Part shown: positions 10,871 to 20,312 of the stretch, piece by piece
Layout: every line of letters begins with the position of its first letter
Position numbering within the stretch: position 1 is the stretch's first letter
DNA from: an uncultured Bdellovibrionales bacterium
GTDB lineage: Bacteria > Patescibacteriota > Minisyncoccia > Moranbacterales > UBA1568
Direction: 5' to 3'
NCBI GenBank assembly: GCA_964612055.1
Contig: CAZTBI010000001.1
Location: 420,824-484,823 of the forward strand
DNA length: 64,000 nt
Notes under the pieces: model-generated
What the model was told of the DNA's origin: nothing
What the model saw: only the letters and a program-made list of their open reading frames with translations
Databases searched by the model: none
Translations under genes and position numbers: made by a program

Positions 10871-12930
10871 TAGAACAAACGTGAACGGACTTGTTTTTTC
10901 TTTTTCTTCCCGCCCAATGATTCTTCGAGTGATTGAATTTCATCACGGAGGATGGCAGCTGTTTCGAAATCAAGCACCTTCACTGCGGCCTGCATTTCTT
11001 TTTCCTTCAGACGAATGAGTTTTTCCGGATCCTTGGCAAAAATTTCCTGATCCAGGGCAACGTTCGCCAATACCGCCTTATCATGCTCACTCTCCATGGC
11101 TTCGGTGATATCGTGAATATTCTTTTTGATAGTCTGCGGCGTCATACCATGCTCGGTGTTGTACGCAATCTGGAGTTTGCGCCGACGGTTTGTCTCGTCG
11201 ATCGAACGACGCATCGAGTCAGTCATCGACTCAGCATAGAGAATCACTCGGCCAGAAGCGTTGCGGGCCGCGCGACCAATAATTTGGATGAGTGACGTCT
11301 CTGAGCGCAGGAACCCTTCCTTGTCAGCATCGAGGACACCGATAAAAGACACTTCCGGCAAATCCAACCCTTCACGCAAAAGATTAACTCCGACAATACA
11401 ATCAAACTCTCCTCTGCGGAAAGCCGTCAAAATCTTGATCCGATCAATCGTCTTGATATCGCTGTGCAGGTATTCTGCTTTCACCTTTTTCTCTTTCAGA
11501 TAGACAGAGAGGTCTTCGGCCATCTTTTTGGTCAGGGTCGTAGCAATCACTCGACCACCTTTTTTGATCTCTTTCAGTGTTTCTTCGATAAAGTGCCCGA
11601 TCTGTCCAGGATACGCGTCTTCACCCTTTTTCTCATAGATCGGGAGGACAGACACCTCTGGGTCAAGTAAGCCAGTCGGACGAATAACCTGCTCAGCAAT
11701 CTGCTCACTGATCTCGCGCTCATACTGGGCCGGTGTTGCCGAAGTAAAGATGACCGGACCAACATGCTCCAAAAATTCTTCGTAGCGAAGCGGTCGGTTG
11801 TCGAGTGCCGAGGGAAGACGGAAACCATATTCTACGAGCGTCTTTTTGCGCGACTGGTCGCCAGCATACATGCCACGGAGTTGCGGCAACGTCACATGTG
11901 ATTCATCAATCACCGTGAGGAAGTCCGGCTTGCCATCTTTCGTATGCGGGAAGTAGGAAAGCAACGTTTCTGGTGGTTCGCCTGGTTGCTTTCCCGACAG
12001 GTGCCTCGAATAGTTTTCGATACCGTTGCAGTAACCGATTTCCTCAACCATCGCGAGGTCATAACTCGTCCGCCGTTTCAGACGTTCTACTTCCAAAAGT
12101 TTCCCCTCTTGTTCTAATTCCTTGAGACGCAGATCAAGTTCTTCGCGGATTGACTTGATGGCGATATCTTTTTGATCTTTATCCGTAATGAAGTGCTTGG
12201 CCGGAAAAAGAAAAATGTTTTCCAGTGTTCCCAATATCCTCTGTGAAACAGGATCAATTTTTGTGATACTCCCGACCTTACCAGCGACAATCTCGATCAG
12301 ATAGATAAATTTCTCTGACACCGGCATGATTTCGATGCGGTTACCGAGACTGCGGAACTGCCCCGGAGCAATATCAGCATTGGTACGTTCAAAGAAAATA
12401 GCTACCAACTGATGCAGAAACTCTGTCCGAGAAAGCGCTTGGCCAACTTCGAGCCGCACATTTTCTTTTTCATATTCTTCCGGACTGCCTAAGCCATAGA
12501 TACACGACACCGACGCCACAATAATGACATCGCTCCGGGTGAGGAGCGCCTGAGTCGAAGCGTGACGCAAACGATCGATCTCAGCGTTGATCTGAGCATC
12601 TTTCTCGATATAGGTATCCGAGGCCGGCATGTAGGCTTCTGGCTGGTAATAATCGTAGTACGAGACGAAATAGTGTACCGCATGGTCAGGAAAAAACTGC
12701 TGATACTCCTGAGCGAGCTGCGCAGCGAGTGTTTTGTTGTGAGCAATCACCAGTGTCGGCTTGCCGAGATTCTTAATGACATTGGCCATGGTAAAAGTCT
12801 TCCCGGAGCCAGTCACCCCGAGGAGTGTCTGAAAGCGCTTGCCGTCGGAAAGTCCCTGCGACAACGCCGTGATCGCTTTGGGCTGATCACCAGCCGGTGG
12901 CCATGATGATTTGAGGTGAAAAGGAGACAT
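10870..12930 (-). CDS. uvrB: Excinuclease ABC subunit B (UvrB)
   Basis: Walker A motif GVTGSGKTFT and helicase motifs. The C-terminal UVR domain reads ...LRDEIQSLEE.... 686 aa. Confidence 0.95.
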   Translation of the reverse strand: MSPFHLKSSWPPAGDQPKAITALSQGLSDGKRFQTLLGVTGSGKTFTMANVIKNLGKPTLVIAHNKTLAAQLAQEYQQFFPDHAVHYFVSYYDYYQPEAYMPASDTYIEKDAQINAEIDRLRHASTQALLTRSDVIIVASVSCIYGLGSPEEYEKENVRLEVGQALSRTEFLHQLVAIFFERTNADIAPGQFRSLGNRIEIMPVSEKFIYLIEIVAGKVGSITKIDPVSQRILGTLENIFLFPAKHFITDKDQKDIAIKSIREELDLRLKELEQEGKLLEVERLKRRTSYDLAMVEEIGYCNGIENYSRHLSGKQPGEPPETLLSYFPHTKDGKPDFLTVIDESHVTLPQLRGMYAGDQSRKKTLVEYGFRLPSALDNRPLRYEEFLEHVGPVIFTSATPAQYEREISEQIAEQVIRPTGLLDPEVSVLPIYEKKGEDAYPGQIGHFIEETLKEIKKGGRVIATTLTKKMAEDLSVYLKEKKVKAEYLHSDIKTIDRIKILTAFRRGEFDCIVGVNLLREGLDLPEVSFIGVLDADKEGFLRSETSLIQIIGRAARNASGRVILYAESMTDSMRRSIDETNRRRKLQIAYNTEHGMTPQTIKKNIHDITEAMESEHDKAVLANVALDQEIFAKDPEKLIRLKEKEMQAAVKVLDFETAAILRDEIQSLEESLGGKKKKKQVRSRLF

Positions 12931-12944
12931 AGAAATACGCGCTT

Positions 12945-13634
12945 TTACTTTTTAAACCAAGCGGCCACTTTTGCGCAGAACTCATGGTAGAGCACTTTGC
13001 CCCGACCACGCTCGGTATAGAGCACGAAGAGGAGCGCCAAAATGGCAATAACGACAGCGATATCCACGATCACCTTCACGTCGTCGATACGACGCCAGAG
13101 CGTATGAAGCTTGGCAATACCAGCGTAGCCGATATAGAGATAGAGGAGATCTTTGAAAAAATTCCCAGCGTAGGTTGCCAGAAGAAAAACGCGGATATCC
13201 ATCTTAATCATACCAGCCGTAATCGAGACTGGCGTGGTAGGAAACGGCGGCAAAACACGAAGGAGGAAAAGTACGCCGCCATCTTTCCAGTGATGTCCGA
13301 CGAAACGCTTGCCGATATTTTCCAGATCTTCATGCCTGATACCAAACCACTTCGTCGCTTTTGGAATGATCAGGTCTTCCAGTTTATCACCCACAAAATA
13401 GTACACCCAGGCGCCAAGGGTCTTGCCGATGTTCCCAACCGCCGCAAGAAGCAAGAGATACCACAGAGTCTCGTCGCGCATCAGCGCTACCGAACCAGCC
13501 ACTCCCATAATAAGCGCTGAGGGAATGGGACTGATCACTTCCTCCAAAAATGATCCGATAAAGACGAATCCTTCAAGCGGAAGATGGAGTGCCGCATATC
13601 GAACGAAATGTTCCAAATTGGAAAAAAAATTCAT
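12945..13634 (-). CDS. DedA/VTT-domain (SNARE-associated) membrane protein
   Basis: Multi-TM 229-aa ORF with a DedA-like layout (G-rich re-entrant loop regions). Confidence 0.75.
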   Translation of the reverse strand: MNFFSNLEHFVRYAALHLPLEGFVFIGSFLEEVISPIPSALIMGVAGSVALMRDETLWYLLLLAAVGNIGKTLGAWVYYFVGDKLEDLIIPKATKWFGIRHEDLENIGKRFVGHHWKDGGVLFLLRVLPPFPTTPVSITAGMIKMDIRVFLLATYAGNFFKDLLYLYIGYAGIAKLHTLWRRIDDVKVIVDIAVVIAILALLFVLYTERGRGKVLYHEFCAKVAAWFKK

Positions 13635-13640
13635 GGCTCT

Positions 13641-15596
13641 TTATCGTAATATTTGAGAAAGCATTTTCCGAGCGGCCTCGAGAATACCAATCTCGTCGTA
13701 GCCACACTCAGCATACTGCTCTTTTGGCTCACCGTGTTCTATAATCCGGTCCGGTATACCAAGACGGCGCACTTCGGCCTGGTATCCATGATCAGCCATC
13801 CACTCGAGAACGGCACTGCCCATGCCACCAGCGATACAGCCATCTTCTACGGTAATAATTTTCTTATACTGTGTACAAACTTCGTGCAGCAGCTTTTCAT
13901 CGAGTGGCTTCACAAAACGCAGATCGTAATGAGCTGCCAGCACCCCCTCTTTTTCCAGTTTTTCACAAACCTTTGTGACGACGTTGCCAACATGACCGAT
14001 GGAGAGAAAAGCCAACTCTTTTCCGTCACGCAGTTTTCTTCCCGTTCCAATCGGAATCAAAGAAAACGGCTTCTGCCATTCCAGCATAACACCTTGTCCC
14101 CGAGGATAGCGAATAGCCATCGGACCCGTGACACTCTCTCCTTGCGCGGTATACATGAGATTGCGCAGTTCCTCTTCATTCATCGGAGCACTCACAATGA
14201 TATTGGGGATGGAACGCAGATACGCCATATCGTAGGCTCCCTGGTGTGTCGCCCCGTCCGGGCCTACCAATCCGGCCCGATCGAGACAAAAGATAACCTT
14301 TAAGTTTTGTATCGCGACATCATGAATCACCTGGTCGTAGGCACGCTGCATGAAGGTCGAATAGATATTACAAAATGGCACCATCCCCTGAGTCGCCAGT
14401 CCCGCTGAAAACGTCACCGCATGCTGCTCCGCAATACCGACATCAAAAACACGACTTGGCAGAGCTTCCTGCATAATCTTCATAGAAGAGCCCGAGAGCA
14501 TCGCCGGCGTGACTCCAATAATCTTGAAATTCTTTTGGGCCAGTTCGAGTAGTGTCTTTCCAAAAACATCCTGATACTTTGGTGGTTCCGGAGTATCGGA
14601 AGATCCCTTGATACGCTCCCCCGTTTCACTGTTGAAAAGTCCGGGAGCATGCCAAATCGTCTGATCACCGTTTTCTGAAAACTTGTAACCTTTCCCCTTG
14701 CGTGTCAGACAATGCAAAATTTTTGGACCAGGAATATTTTTTAAATCACGGAGAATCTTTTCGAGATGCACGACATCGTGACCATCGACTGGACCGAAAT
14801 AACGAAAATTGAGACTCTCAAATAAGTTACTCTGCCGCGAAACGACACCTTTGATAGCAAGCTCAATCTTGGAAGCGAGTTCTCGGAGGTCTGGACCATA
14901 GGTCGAAACCTTTTCCAGAGAATCGCGAAGCCGATCACGTACGACATTGAACGTTGGTGAAGCTGTCACGGTTGCCAAATACTCTTTGAGAGCACCGACA
15001 TTCGGGTCGATACTCATGCAATTATCATTGATGATGACCAAAAGGTTAGCATTGGAACTCCCAGCATGATTGAGTCCCTCAAAAGCCATACCGCCAGTAA
15101 GCGCCCCATCGCCGATGACTGCGATCACATGACGCTCGCTTCCTTCTTGTTTGAGCGCCATACTCATTCCGAGAGCGGCCGAAATAGACGTGGAGGAATG
15201 CCCTACGCCAAAAGTATCATACGGACTCTCTGCTCTCTTTGGGAAACCACTGAGCCCTTTGGAAAGACGATTGGTATGAAATATTTTTCTCCGGCCAGTG
15301 AGAATCTTGTGGGCATACGCCTGGTGTCCCACATCCCAGACAAGAAGATCATCCGGTGTATCGAAGACATAGTGAAGCGCCGTGGTCAGCTCTATCACAC
15401 CGAGACTGGCCCCAAAATGACCTCCTTTTTTCGAAACAGTATCAATGATAAACTGGCGCAATTCCTGACACACTTCAGAGAGTTTTTCCACGGGAAGTTT
15501 CCGGAGGTCAATCGGATATTCAATTTTTTCCAACAGAGGCCCTGTCTGAAATTCCATAGTAAAGAGATCGGTCAAAGTCTTCCCATTATACTCCAC
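13641..15596 (-). CDS. dxs: 1-deoxy-D-xylulose-5-phosphate synthase
   Basis: TPP-binding GDG...N motif (GDGALTGGMAFEGLNHA) and a Dxs-like N-terminus. 651 aa. Confidence 0.9.
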   Translation of the reverse strand: MEYNGKTLTDLFTMEFQTGPLLEKIEYPIDLRKLPVEKLSEVCQELRQFIIDTVSKKGGHFGASLGVIELTTALHYVFDTPDDLLVWDVGHQAYAHKILTGRRKIFHTNRLSKGLSGFPKRAESPYDTFGVGHSSTSISAALGMSMALKQEGSERHVIAVIGDGALTGGMAFEGLNHAGSSNANLLVIINDNCMSIDPNVGALKEYLATVTASPTFNVVRDRLRDSLEKVSTYGPDLRELASKIELAIKGVVSRQSNLFESLNFRYFGPVDGHDVVHLEKILRDLKNIPGPKILHCLTRKGKGYKFSENGDQTIWHAPGLFNSETGERIKGSSDTPEPPKYQDVFGKTLLELAQKNFKIIGVTPAMLSGSSMKIMQEALPSRVFDVGIAEQHAVTFSAGLATQGMVPFCNIYSTFMQRAYDQVIHDVAIQNLKVIFCLDRAGLVGPDGATHQGAYDMAYLRSIPNIIVSAPMNEEELRNLMYTAQGESVTGPMAIRYPRGQGVMLEWQKPFSLIPIGTGRKLRDGKELAFLSIGHVGNVVTKVCEKLEKEGVLAAHYDLRFVKPLDEKLLHEVCTQYKKIITVEDGCIAGGMGSAVLEWMADHGYQAEVRRLGIPDRIIEHGEPKEQYAECGYDEIGILEAARKMLSQILR

Positions 15597-15610
15597 CCGA
15601 ATCGGGAAAG

Positions 15611-15647
15611 AAAACCCCGCAGGCTTTATGCCTGCGGGGCCAAAAAC
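15611..15647 (-). terminator. Rho-independent terminator after the DEAD-box helicase gene (CCCCGCAGGC-TTTAT-GCCTGCGGGG plus T-run on the minus strand)
   Basis: 10-bp perfect stem followed on the minus strand by TTTTCTTTCCC. Confidence 0.65.
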
Positions 15648-15663
15648 TCTTCAAAAAAGTTCT

Positions 15664-16869
15664 TTAGTTGATGAAGGTCAGGGCGTTTCCCTTTTTATCT
15701 CCACGACCGGTACGACCGATGCGGTGGATATAGTCTTCATAATTTTCTGGAAGCTCGTAGTTGATAACGTGGGTGACATCTGGGATATCGAGTCCTCGAG
15801 CCGCAACGTCCGTTGCCACCAAGATCGAAATCTCGTCCTTGCTGAAGCGACGGAGCGCCCTTTGACGCTGTGACTGTGACTTATCACCATGGATAGAGTC
15901 GGATTTGAAACCACGCTCTTCCAAACGATGAGCCAGCTTGTCGACGCCATGCTTCGTCCGTCCGAAAATAAGCACCTTCTGAAACTCGGGTTTCAAAAGA
16001 AGATTGTGGAGCACTTCAATTTTCTCTTCTTTTGGTGCCACTTCGATAACGTCTTGATCGACATTCTCTGAAGTCGCTCGTGACTTGATAGCGATCGTCA
16101 CTGGATCGTTCAAGAATTTCTTGGCGAGCTCTGCGATCTCACGCGGCATAGTCGCCGAGAAAAACAGTGACTGGCGTGGCGACTGCATAAGTGCCACGAG
16201 AAATTTAATATCATTGATAAAGCCCATATCAAGCATGCGATCAACTTCGTCGAGCACAATATTGTTGAACTCTCCTAAGTTGAGCCGCTTGCGCTCGATC
16301 AAATCCTTGAGTCGTCCTGGCGTACCAATGACGAAACTCGGACCACGGGAAAGGCTGCGCAACTGCTCAGCAATGTTCGCACCACCGATACACAAAGCTG
16401 AGTTGAGACCGGAACCATGAGAAAAACCTCGTAGCTCGTCTTCAATCTGCAGTGCCAATTCACGAGTCGGGACAATAATCAATACTTTTTCTGTCTTGTG
16501 CTTAAACGTCTTGTGAATAAGCGGGAGGAGAAAAGCGGCAGTCTTACCGGTACCGGTATTGGCAATACCAATCACATCACGACCAAGCAGGATGTGAGGA
16601 ATAGCTCCATCTTGAATTGGTGTTGGATGGACATAGCCCTTGGCAGCGACATTCGCCTTGAGCTTGCTGTGCATCTCAAAATCAGCAAAGCGGTGCTTTG
16701 GATTATAGACCTCTGTCTCAGTGATCTGGATCGCCTTTTTCACAAACTGTGTGAAATCAAGCTCTCGTTCTGCGGGACGCTTTTTTCGGCTCCGTGTGGT
16801 CGGGCGACCAAAACGGTTGACCGAGGTACGTGAAGAGGAGCGCCCTCCTCGTGGGTTTCTGCTAAACAT
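15664..16869 (-). CDS. DEAD-box ATP-dependent RNA helicase with an N-terminal Arg/Gly-rich extension
   Basis: Q-motif, Walker A (ANTGTGKTAAF), DEVD (VLDEVDRM), SAT and HRIGRTGR motifs. The basic N-terminal tail reads RGGRSSSRTSVNRFGRPTTRSRKKR. Confidence 0.9.
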   Translation of the reverse strand: MFSRNPRGGRSSSRTSVNRFGRPTTRSRKKRPAERELDFTQFVKKAIQITETEVYNPKHRFADFEMHSKLKANVAAKGYVHPTPIQDGAIPHILLGRDVIGIANTGTGKTAAFLLPLIHKTFKHKTEKVLIIVPTRELALQIEDELRGFSHGSGLNSALCIGGANIAEQLRSLSRGPSFVIGTPGRLKDLIERKRLNLGEFNNIVLDEVDRMLDMGFINDIKFLVALMQSPRQSLFFSATMPREIAELAKKFLNDPVTIAIKSRATSENVDQDVIEVAPKEEKIEVLHNLLLKPEFQKVLIFGRTKHGVDKLAHRLEERGFKSDSIHGDKSQSQRQRALRRFSKDEISILVATDVAARGLDIPDVTHVINYELPENYEDYIHRIGRTGRGDKKGNALTFIN

Positions 16870-17009
16870 TCTTTTGAATGTTATAAAATTAGAGTCTTAT
16901 CTCTTCCCCTCGAAGAGATAAGACTCCCAAAGGAATGTAGAGCTAAAATATCAAGCTCTAGAGTAAGAACTTCATTAAAGCAGGAAAATGATACACTGTC
17001 AAGACTCCA

Positions 17010-17585
17010 TTAAGTTGGTCGAGAAAAGGCTTGAAGCTCATGTTTTTTCACTCGATAGTCAGGTACTGTCTGCGCCACCAGTGCCCAGAATTTCCGAGAG
17101 TGATTCAGTTCTCGGAGATGGCACAGTTCGTGCACAATGACATAATCTCTCAAGTGTTCGGGTAGAAAAATCAGCCGATAATTGAAAGAGAGGTGTCCTC
17201 GTGAGGAGCAGCTTCCAAAACGGGTTTTCTGATTGCGAATAGAGAGTTTTTGGTAGGTAACGGCGTAGATATTCTGAAAATACCTCACTCGCTCTGTAAT
17301 CAAACGCCGTGCTGCTTCTTTGTTTTTCTCATACTCCTTTACCCCTCCTTGCATGAGAAGCTTCACCGGTTCTCGCAGCATCCGCTCTCTGGCGGCCAGA
17401 ATCCAGTCACGCTTATTTACAAGCAAACTTTTCGCAACTTCTAAAGAGGCTCGGTGTGGCAACGTAAGCACGACACTCCCATCACTCTTCACCGCCAAAC
17501 GAATCCGACGAGTGCGTCGATTCCGTTTTATAGCACAAGATACTTGAGGCGAAACAGCGAGTATTTCTAGAGGAGCTCGAGACAT
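17010..17585 (-). CDS. YgjP-like M48/SprT-type metal-dependent hydrolase (DUF45)
   Basis: HELCHLRELNHSRKFW matches the HExxH...NHSxxFW signature of the DUF45/YgjP family. Confidence 0.8.
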   Translation of the reverse strand: MSRAPLEILAVSPQVSCAIKRNRRTRRIRLAVKSDGSVVLTLPHRASLEVAKSLLVNKRDWILAARERMLREPVKLLMQGGVKEYEKNKEAARRLITERVRYFQNIYAVTYQKLSIRNQKTRFGSCSSRGHLSFNYRLIFLPEHLRDYVIVHELCHLRELNHSRKFWALVAQTVPDYRVKKHELQAFSRPT

Positions 17586-17587
17586 TT

Positions 17588-17869
17588 CTAGAGGTGATGC
17601 TTCAAGACTTCGTCAACGGCGTCAATCTGATGGTCAGAAAGACTATGGGCATCACGGTTATCACGGAGTACCTGCACTGTCTGATCGACCTCGTGTCGAT
17701 CGAGCCCTCGGTGTGAACCAGTTTCATCGAGGCCGAGACGTGCTACTTGGGTTACATGATCGACATCGCGCTCTGACAACCCTTTGTCACGCAAAGCACC
17801 ACGCACCTTATCATGAAACTCTGTCGGCGAAACACTCTTCGGCGCGGAAAAGGTTGAAAAAAGACCCAT
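17588..17869 (-). CDS. Hypothetical protein (93 aa), 2 nt upstream of the ygjP-like gene
   Basis: ORF in the track; operon-like spacing. Confidence 0.4.
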   Translation of the reverse strand: MGLFSTFSAPKSVSPTEFHDKVRGALRDKGLSERDVDHVTQVARLGLDETGSHRGLDRHEVDQTVQVLRDNRDAHSLSDHQIDAVDEVLKHHL

Positions 17870-17924
17870 ACGTTTGAAAACAATATTTATGTCACCAGTA
17901 TACTCCCGTCTCGTGTTTTTGGGA

Positions 17925-17962
17925 AAAGAAAAAGGGACGACTGCCGAAGCAAATCGTCCCTG
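17925..17962 (-). terminator. Rho-independent terminator (GGGACGA...TCGTCCC plus T-run on the minus strand) downstream of the GC-rich two-gene operon
   Basis: 7-bp stem, then TTTTTCTTTTCCC on the minus strand. Confidence 0.55.
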
Positions 17963-17981
17963 ATGACAAACGTGTTGTCGA

Positions 17982-18263
17982 TTACCAGCTGTTGCGCGTG
18001 GTTCGCAGGACCGCTTTCACGATGCGCTTCATCGGTCGTCCGGGCCGAATGGTGCCGGACGAGGGCTCGATCACTGGCGAAACACCCACCTTCTCTTTCG
18101 GCCCACGGACAGATCCCGCGAGCGTTTGCAGATGCTCACCCGTATCCGGCGTGGCGAAAGCCGAGACCGAGAGACGAGCGCCGCCGTTGATGACGGTCGC
18201 ACCCTGCACGTTGAGAGTCAGGTCCGGCACACGGATCGTCCGAGCAGTTGGAAGCTTGCTCAT
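17982..18263 (-). CDS. Hypothetical protein (93 aa) in a GC-rich island; second gene of a coupled pair
   Basis: ATGA start/stop overlap with the upstream ORF. Local GC is well above the surrounding sequence. Confidence 0.45.
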   Translation of the reverse strand: MSKLPTARTIRVPDLTLNVQGATVINGGARLSVSAFATPDTGEHLQTLAGSVRGPKEKVGVSPVIEPSSGTIRPGRPMKRIVKAVLRTTRNSW

Positions 18264-18571
18264 GCGGCCTCCGAGGCGTGGACCGGTTGCGGATCGAGCT
18301 TGGCCAGTTCCTTGGCCAATTTCTCGGTCAAGGCGGCGTGACGGGCCTGCTTGCCGGAATCGGCACCAGGCACCTGAATGAAGCCAGTCTGGGTATGACG
18401 CTGCCTGGCGCCCCGATCACGACCACGGAACGTGACGGAAACGCTGGCAGAGTTGGTTCCTGACATAGGATCTCCTACAATGTTGCTGTTGCACTCGTAT
18501 CCACCACCATGATGAACCGAGCCGCTCTCAAAGAAAACAAAAAAGTCTTCCGTAGGAAAGGCTCGATTCAT
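18260..18571 (-). CDS. Hypothetical protein (about 103 aa from the Met at 18571; the track ORF extends to 18640)
   Basis: Translationally coupled (ATGA) to the downstream ORF; GC-rich. Confidence 0.4.
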   Translation of the reverse strand: MNRAFPTEDFFVFFESGSVHHGGGYECNSNIVGDPMSGTNSASVSVTFRGRDRGARQRHTQTGFIQVPGADSGKQARHAALTEKLAKELAKLDPQPVHASEAA

Positions 18572-18623
18572 GCTTTTTACTGTTAAGTTACGTTTTTTTA
18601 TTATACACTTTTTCGACGAAAAG

Positions 18624-19418
18624 TCAAGGAAGAGCCGCATCTTCCCCGACCGTCAGCATGACTTTGTCACTACTCGTTACCGGCAAATGCTTCCCTGTTG
18701 GGTAGTCGAGAATAGCCTCATAGAGGACATCTTGTGAATACCGGTAGCCTTCCCCTTTCCGCGTCCCCGGGTCATTGGTAATAAATTCTCGAGTCGTATC
18801 GTCATACCCAACAATCACCAGCATATGACGCGGCGGTCCAGGCTGAGTAAAGTTTGGATTCTTCAGCTTCTGGCCATCAGTCGGCACAATGACCAGTCTG
18901 TTTTCTGAGAGCGCCTTCTTGATATCCTCTTTTTCGATACTCGTACGGACTGTACCAAACACATGAAAATATTCATTGAGGAGCCAAGCAGTATCCTGTA
19001 TCGATGTATCGACTGCATGGCCAAATTTCTTTTTTTGAAAAGTAGCGAGTGCCTGGATTTTTGCTTTGGCAGATTCTTTGGTCAGTGTCTCTCCAGTAGC
19101 CCAGGCTTCAGCCATGATCATCGATGCTTCCTCACAAGCATCTTGAAATACCGGATCACCCCACTCACCAAATGGTGCTTGTACGGTAAACGGTACGGGA
19201 GAGATGAGCCAAGATACTGGGAGTGGCTTCGGCTCCGGTAGCAACTCTTCTTTCTTGAGAATAGGCTCACGACTTTCTACCACTACCGGTTCTTGTTTTT
19301 CCGAAACAACAGTTGGTTCCTGAGGAACAAACCTATTGCTCTGCCACAACCAAAACAAGCCACCACTCAAGGCGACCATACCTAAGAGTAAGAATCCTTT
19401 AGTCGTCGTTCTTGTCAT
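18624..19418 (-). CDS. Membrane-anchored papain-like (C39-like) cysteine peptidase domain protein. Start likely at MTRTTTKGFLLLG; the K/R-rich N-terminal extension in the track is the antisense of the upstream acidic tail.
   Basis: TM helix, then Q...C (FQDACEEAS) and a His/Asn(Asp) dyad (HMLVIVGYDD...NDPG), consistent with the C39/BtrH-like fold. Confidence 0.5.
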   Translation of the reverse strand: MTRTTTKGFLLLGMVALSGGLFWLWQSNRFVPQEPTVVSEKQEPVVVESREPILKKEELLPEPKPLPVSWLISPVPFTVQAPFGEWGDPVFQDACEEASMIMAEAWATGETLTKESAKAKIQALATFQKKKFGHAVDTSIQDTAWLLNEYFHVFGTVRTSIEKEDIKKALSENRLVIVPTDGQKLKNPNFTQPGPPRHMLVIVGYDDTTREFITNDPGTRKGEGYRYSQDVLYEAILDYPTGKHLPVTSSDKVMLTVGEDAALP

Positions 19419-20307
19419 CCTCTTCGTCTTTATCTTGATCCTCATTTTCTTCAGTCTCCTTTTCCTCTTCCTCTTCCTCGTCTTCTTCTTGTTCAACCTT
19501 CTCACTCTCGTCATCTGCCTCTTCTCTCTCCTGTTGAGACACCTCTTCTTCCTCATCGTCTTCCTCTTGTCTTACCGCATCGTCCTCTCTCTTCCTTGAA
19601 GAATCTGCATTTTTCCACTCCCTAATTTCCGTCGCCTTAAACGAATACTCCCCTTCCTGATCGCCGATGATTTTCACATCTTCATACGGCTCGAGACCGA
19701 CTGCCTCGCTAATAGTAGCGTCAGCATAATTTACGGTCCAAAGGTTCTCGGACGAATCAAGAAGCTGCAAATCAGTTGCATTTGAAGAAAGTACGGCACC
19801 ACCCAATAATCCACGCTCCGGCTGAGACCACTGACGCTCTGCAGAAGGAAGCAGACTCGCCTGAATTTTTTCGGCGTGAGGCACGGCAAAAAGAAAGAAT
19901 TTCTCTGCTGGCTCGTCGAGAGGTGATCCTTCAATAAAATATCCAAACACACTACTGGTAACAAGGAAGACTCCGGTAAGCATCAAAACAGGATATCGAT
20001 ATCCACGACGAGTCTGATGAAGAAACGCTATACTCCCAAGCAGAAAGAGAGCAAGCAATGCGGCAGAAAAAAGAGGCACTCCCGAAAGCAGGATCTGGAG
20101 AAAAGAAAAGTCGGCCTTGGCGTATGCATCCCAATCGATTTCAAAAAGCGCGTGAAAAGAGAGCGCGGCGGCCAACGCTGAAAACGCTACTAGAAGAATC
20201 GTGCCGAACCAGTAGGCGATATTTCTCCCTTGCGACTTCCAAAGAGGGATCGGTTGGATCTGTTCTTTGGCGATGATCGCCAGTGTTTTTTCGGTCAAGG
20301 AGGACAT
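19399..20307 (-). CDS. Putative anti-sigma factor/membrane protein with a poly-acidic (E/D-rich) C-terminal tail, immediately downstream of the ECF sigma factor
   Basis: Multi-TM N-terminal half and a gene-neighbourhood with the ECF sigma factor (6-nt spacer). The tail reads EEDDEEEEV...EEDEEEEEEKETEENED. Confidence 0.5.
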   Translation of the reverse strand: MSSLTEKTLAIIAKEQIQPIPLWKSQGRNIAYWFGTILLVAFSALAAALSFHALFEIDWDAYAKADFSFLQILLSGVPLFSAALLALFLLGSIAFLHQTRRGYRYPVLMLTGVFLVTSSVFGYFIEGSPLDEPAEKFFLFAVPHAEKIQASLLPSAERQWSQPERGLLGGAVLSSNATDLQLLDSSENLWTVNYADATISEAVGLEPYEDVKIIGDQEGEYSFKATEIREWKNADSSRKREDDAVRQEEDDEEEEVSQQEREEADDESEKVEQEEDEEEEEEKETEENEDQDKDEEDDKNDD

Positions 20308-20312
20308 AGAGA

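Noticed and set aside
19400-19560. GA-rich low-complexity DNA (cttcctcttcctc...) that could be mistaken for a simple-sequence or CRISPR-like repeat
   Set aside because: It is the coding sequence of the poly-Glu/Asp C-terminal tail of the 19399-20307 protein. There are no regular spacer/repeat units. The K/R-rich N-terminal extension of ORF 18624..19556 is just its antisense translation.
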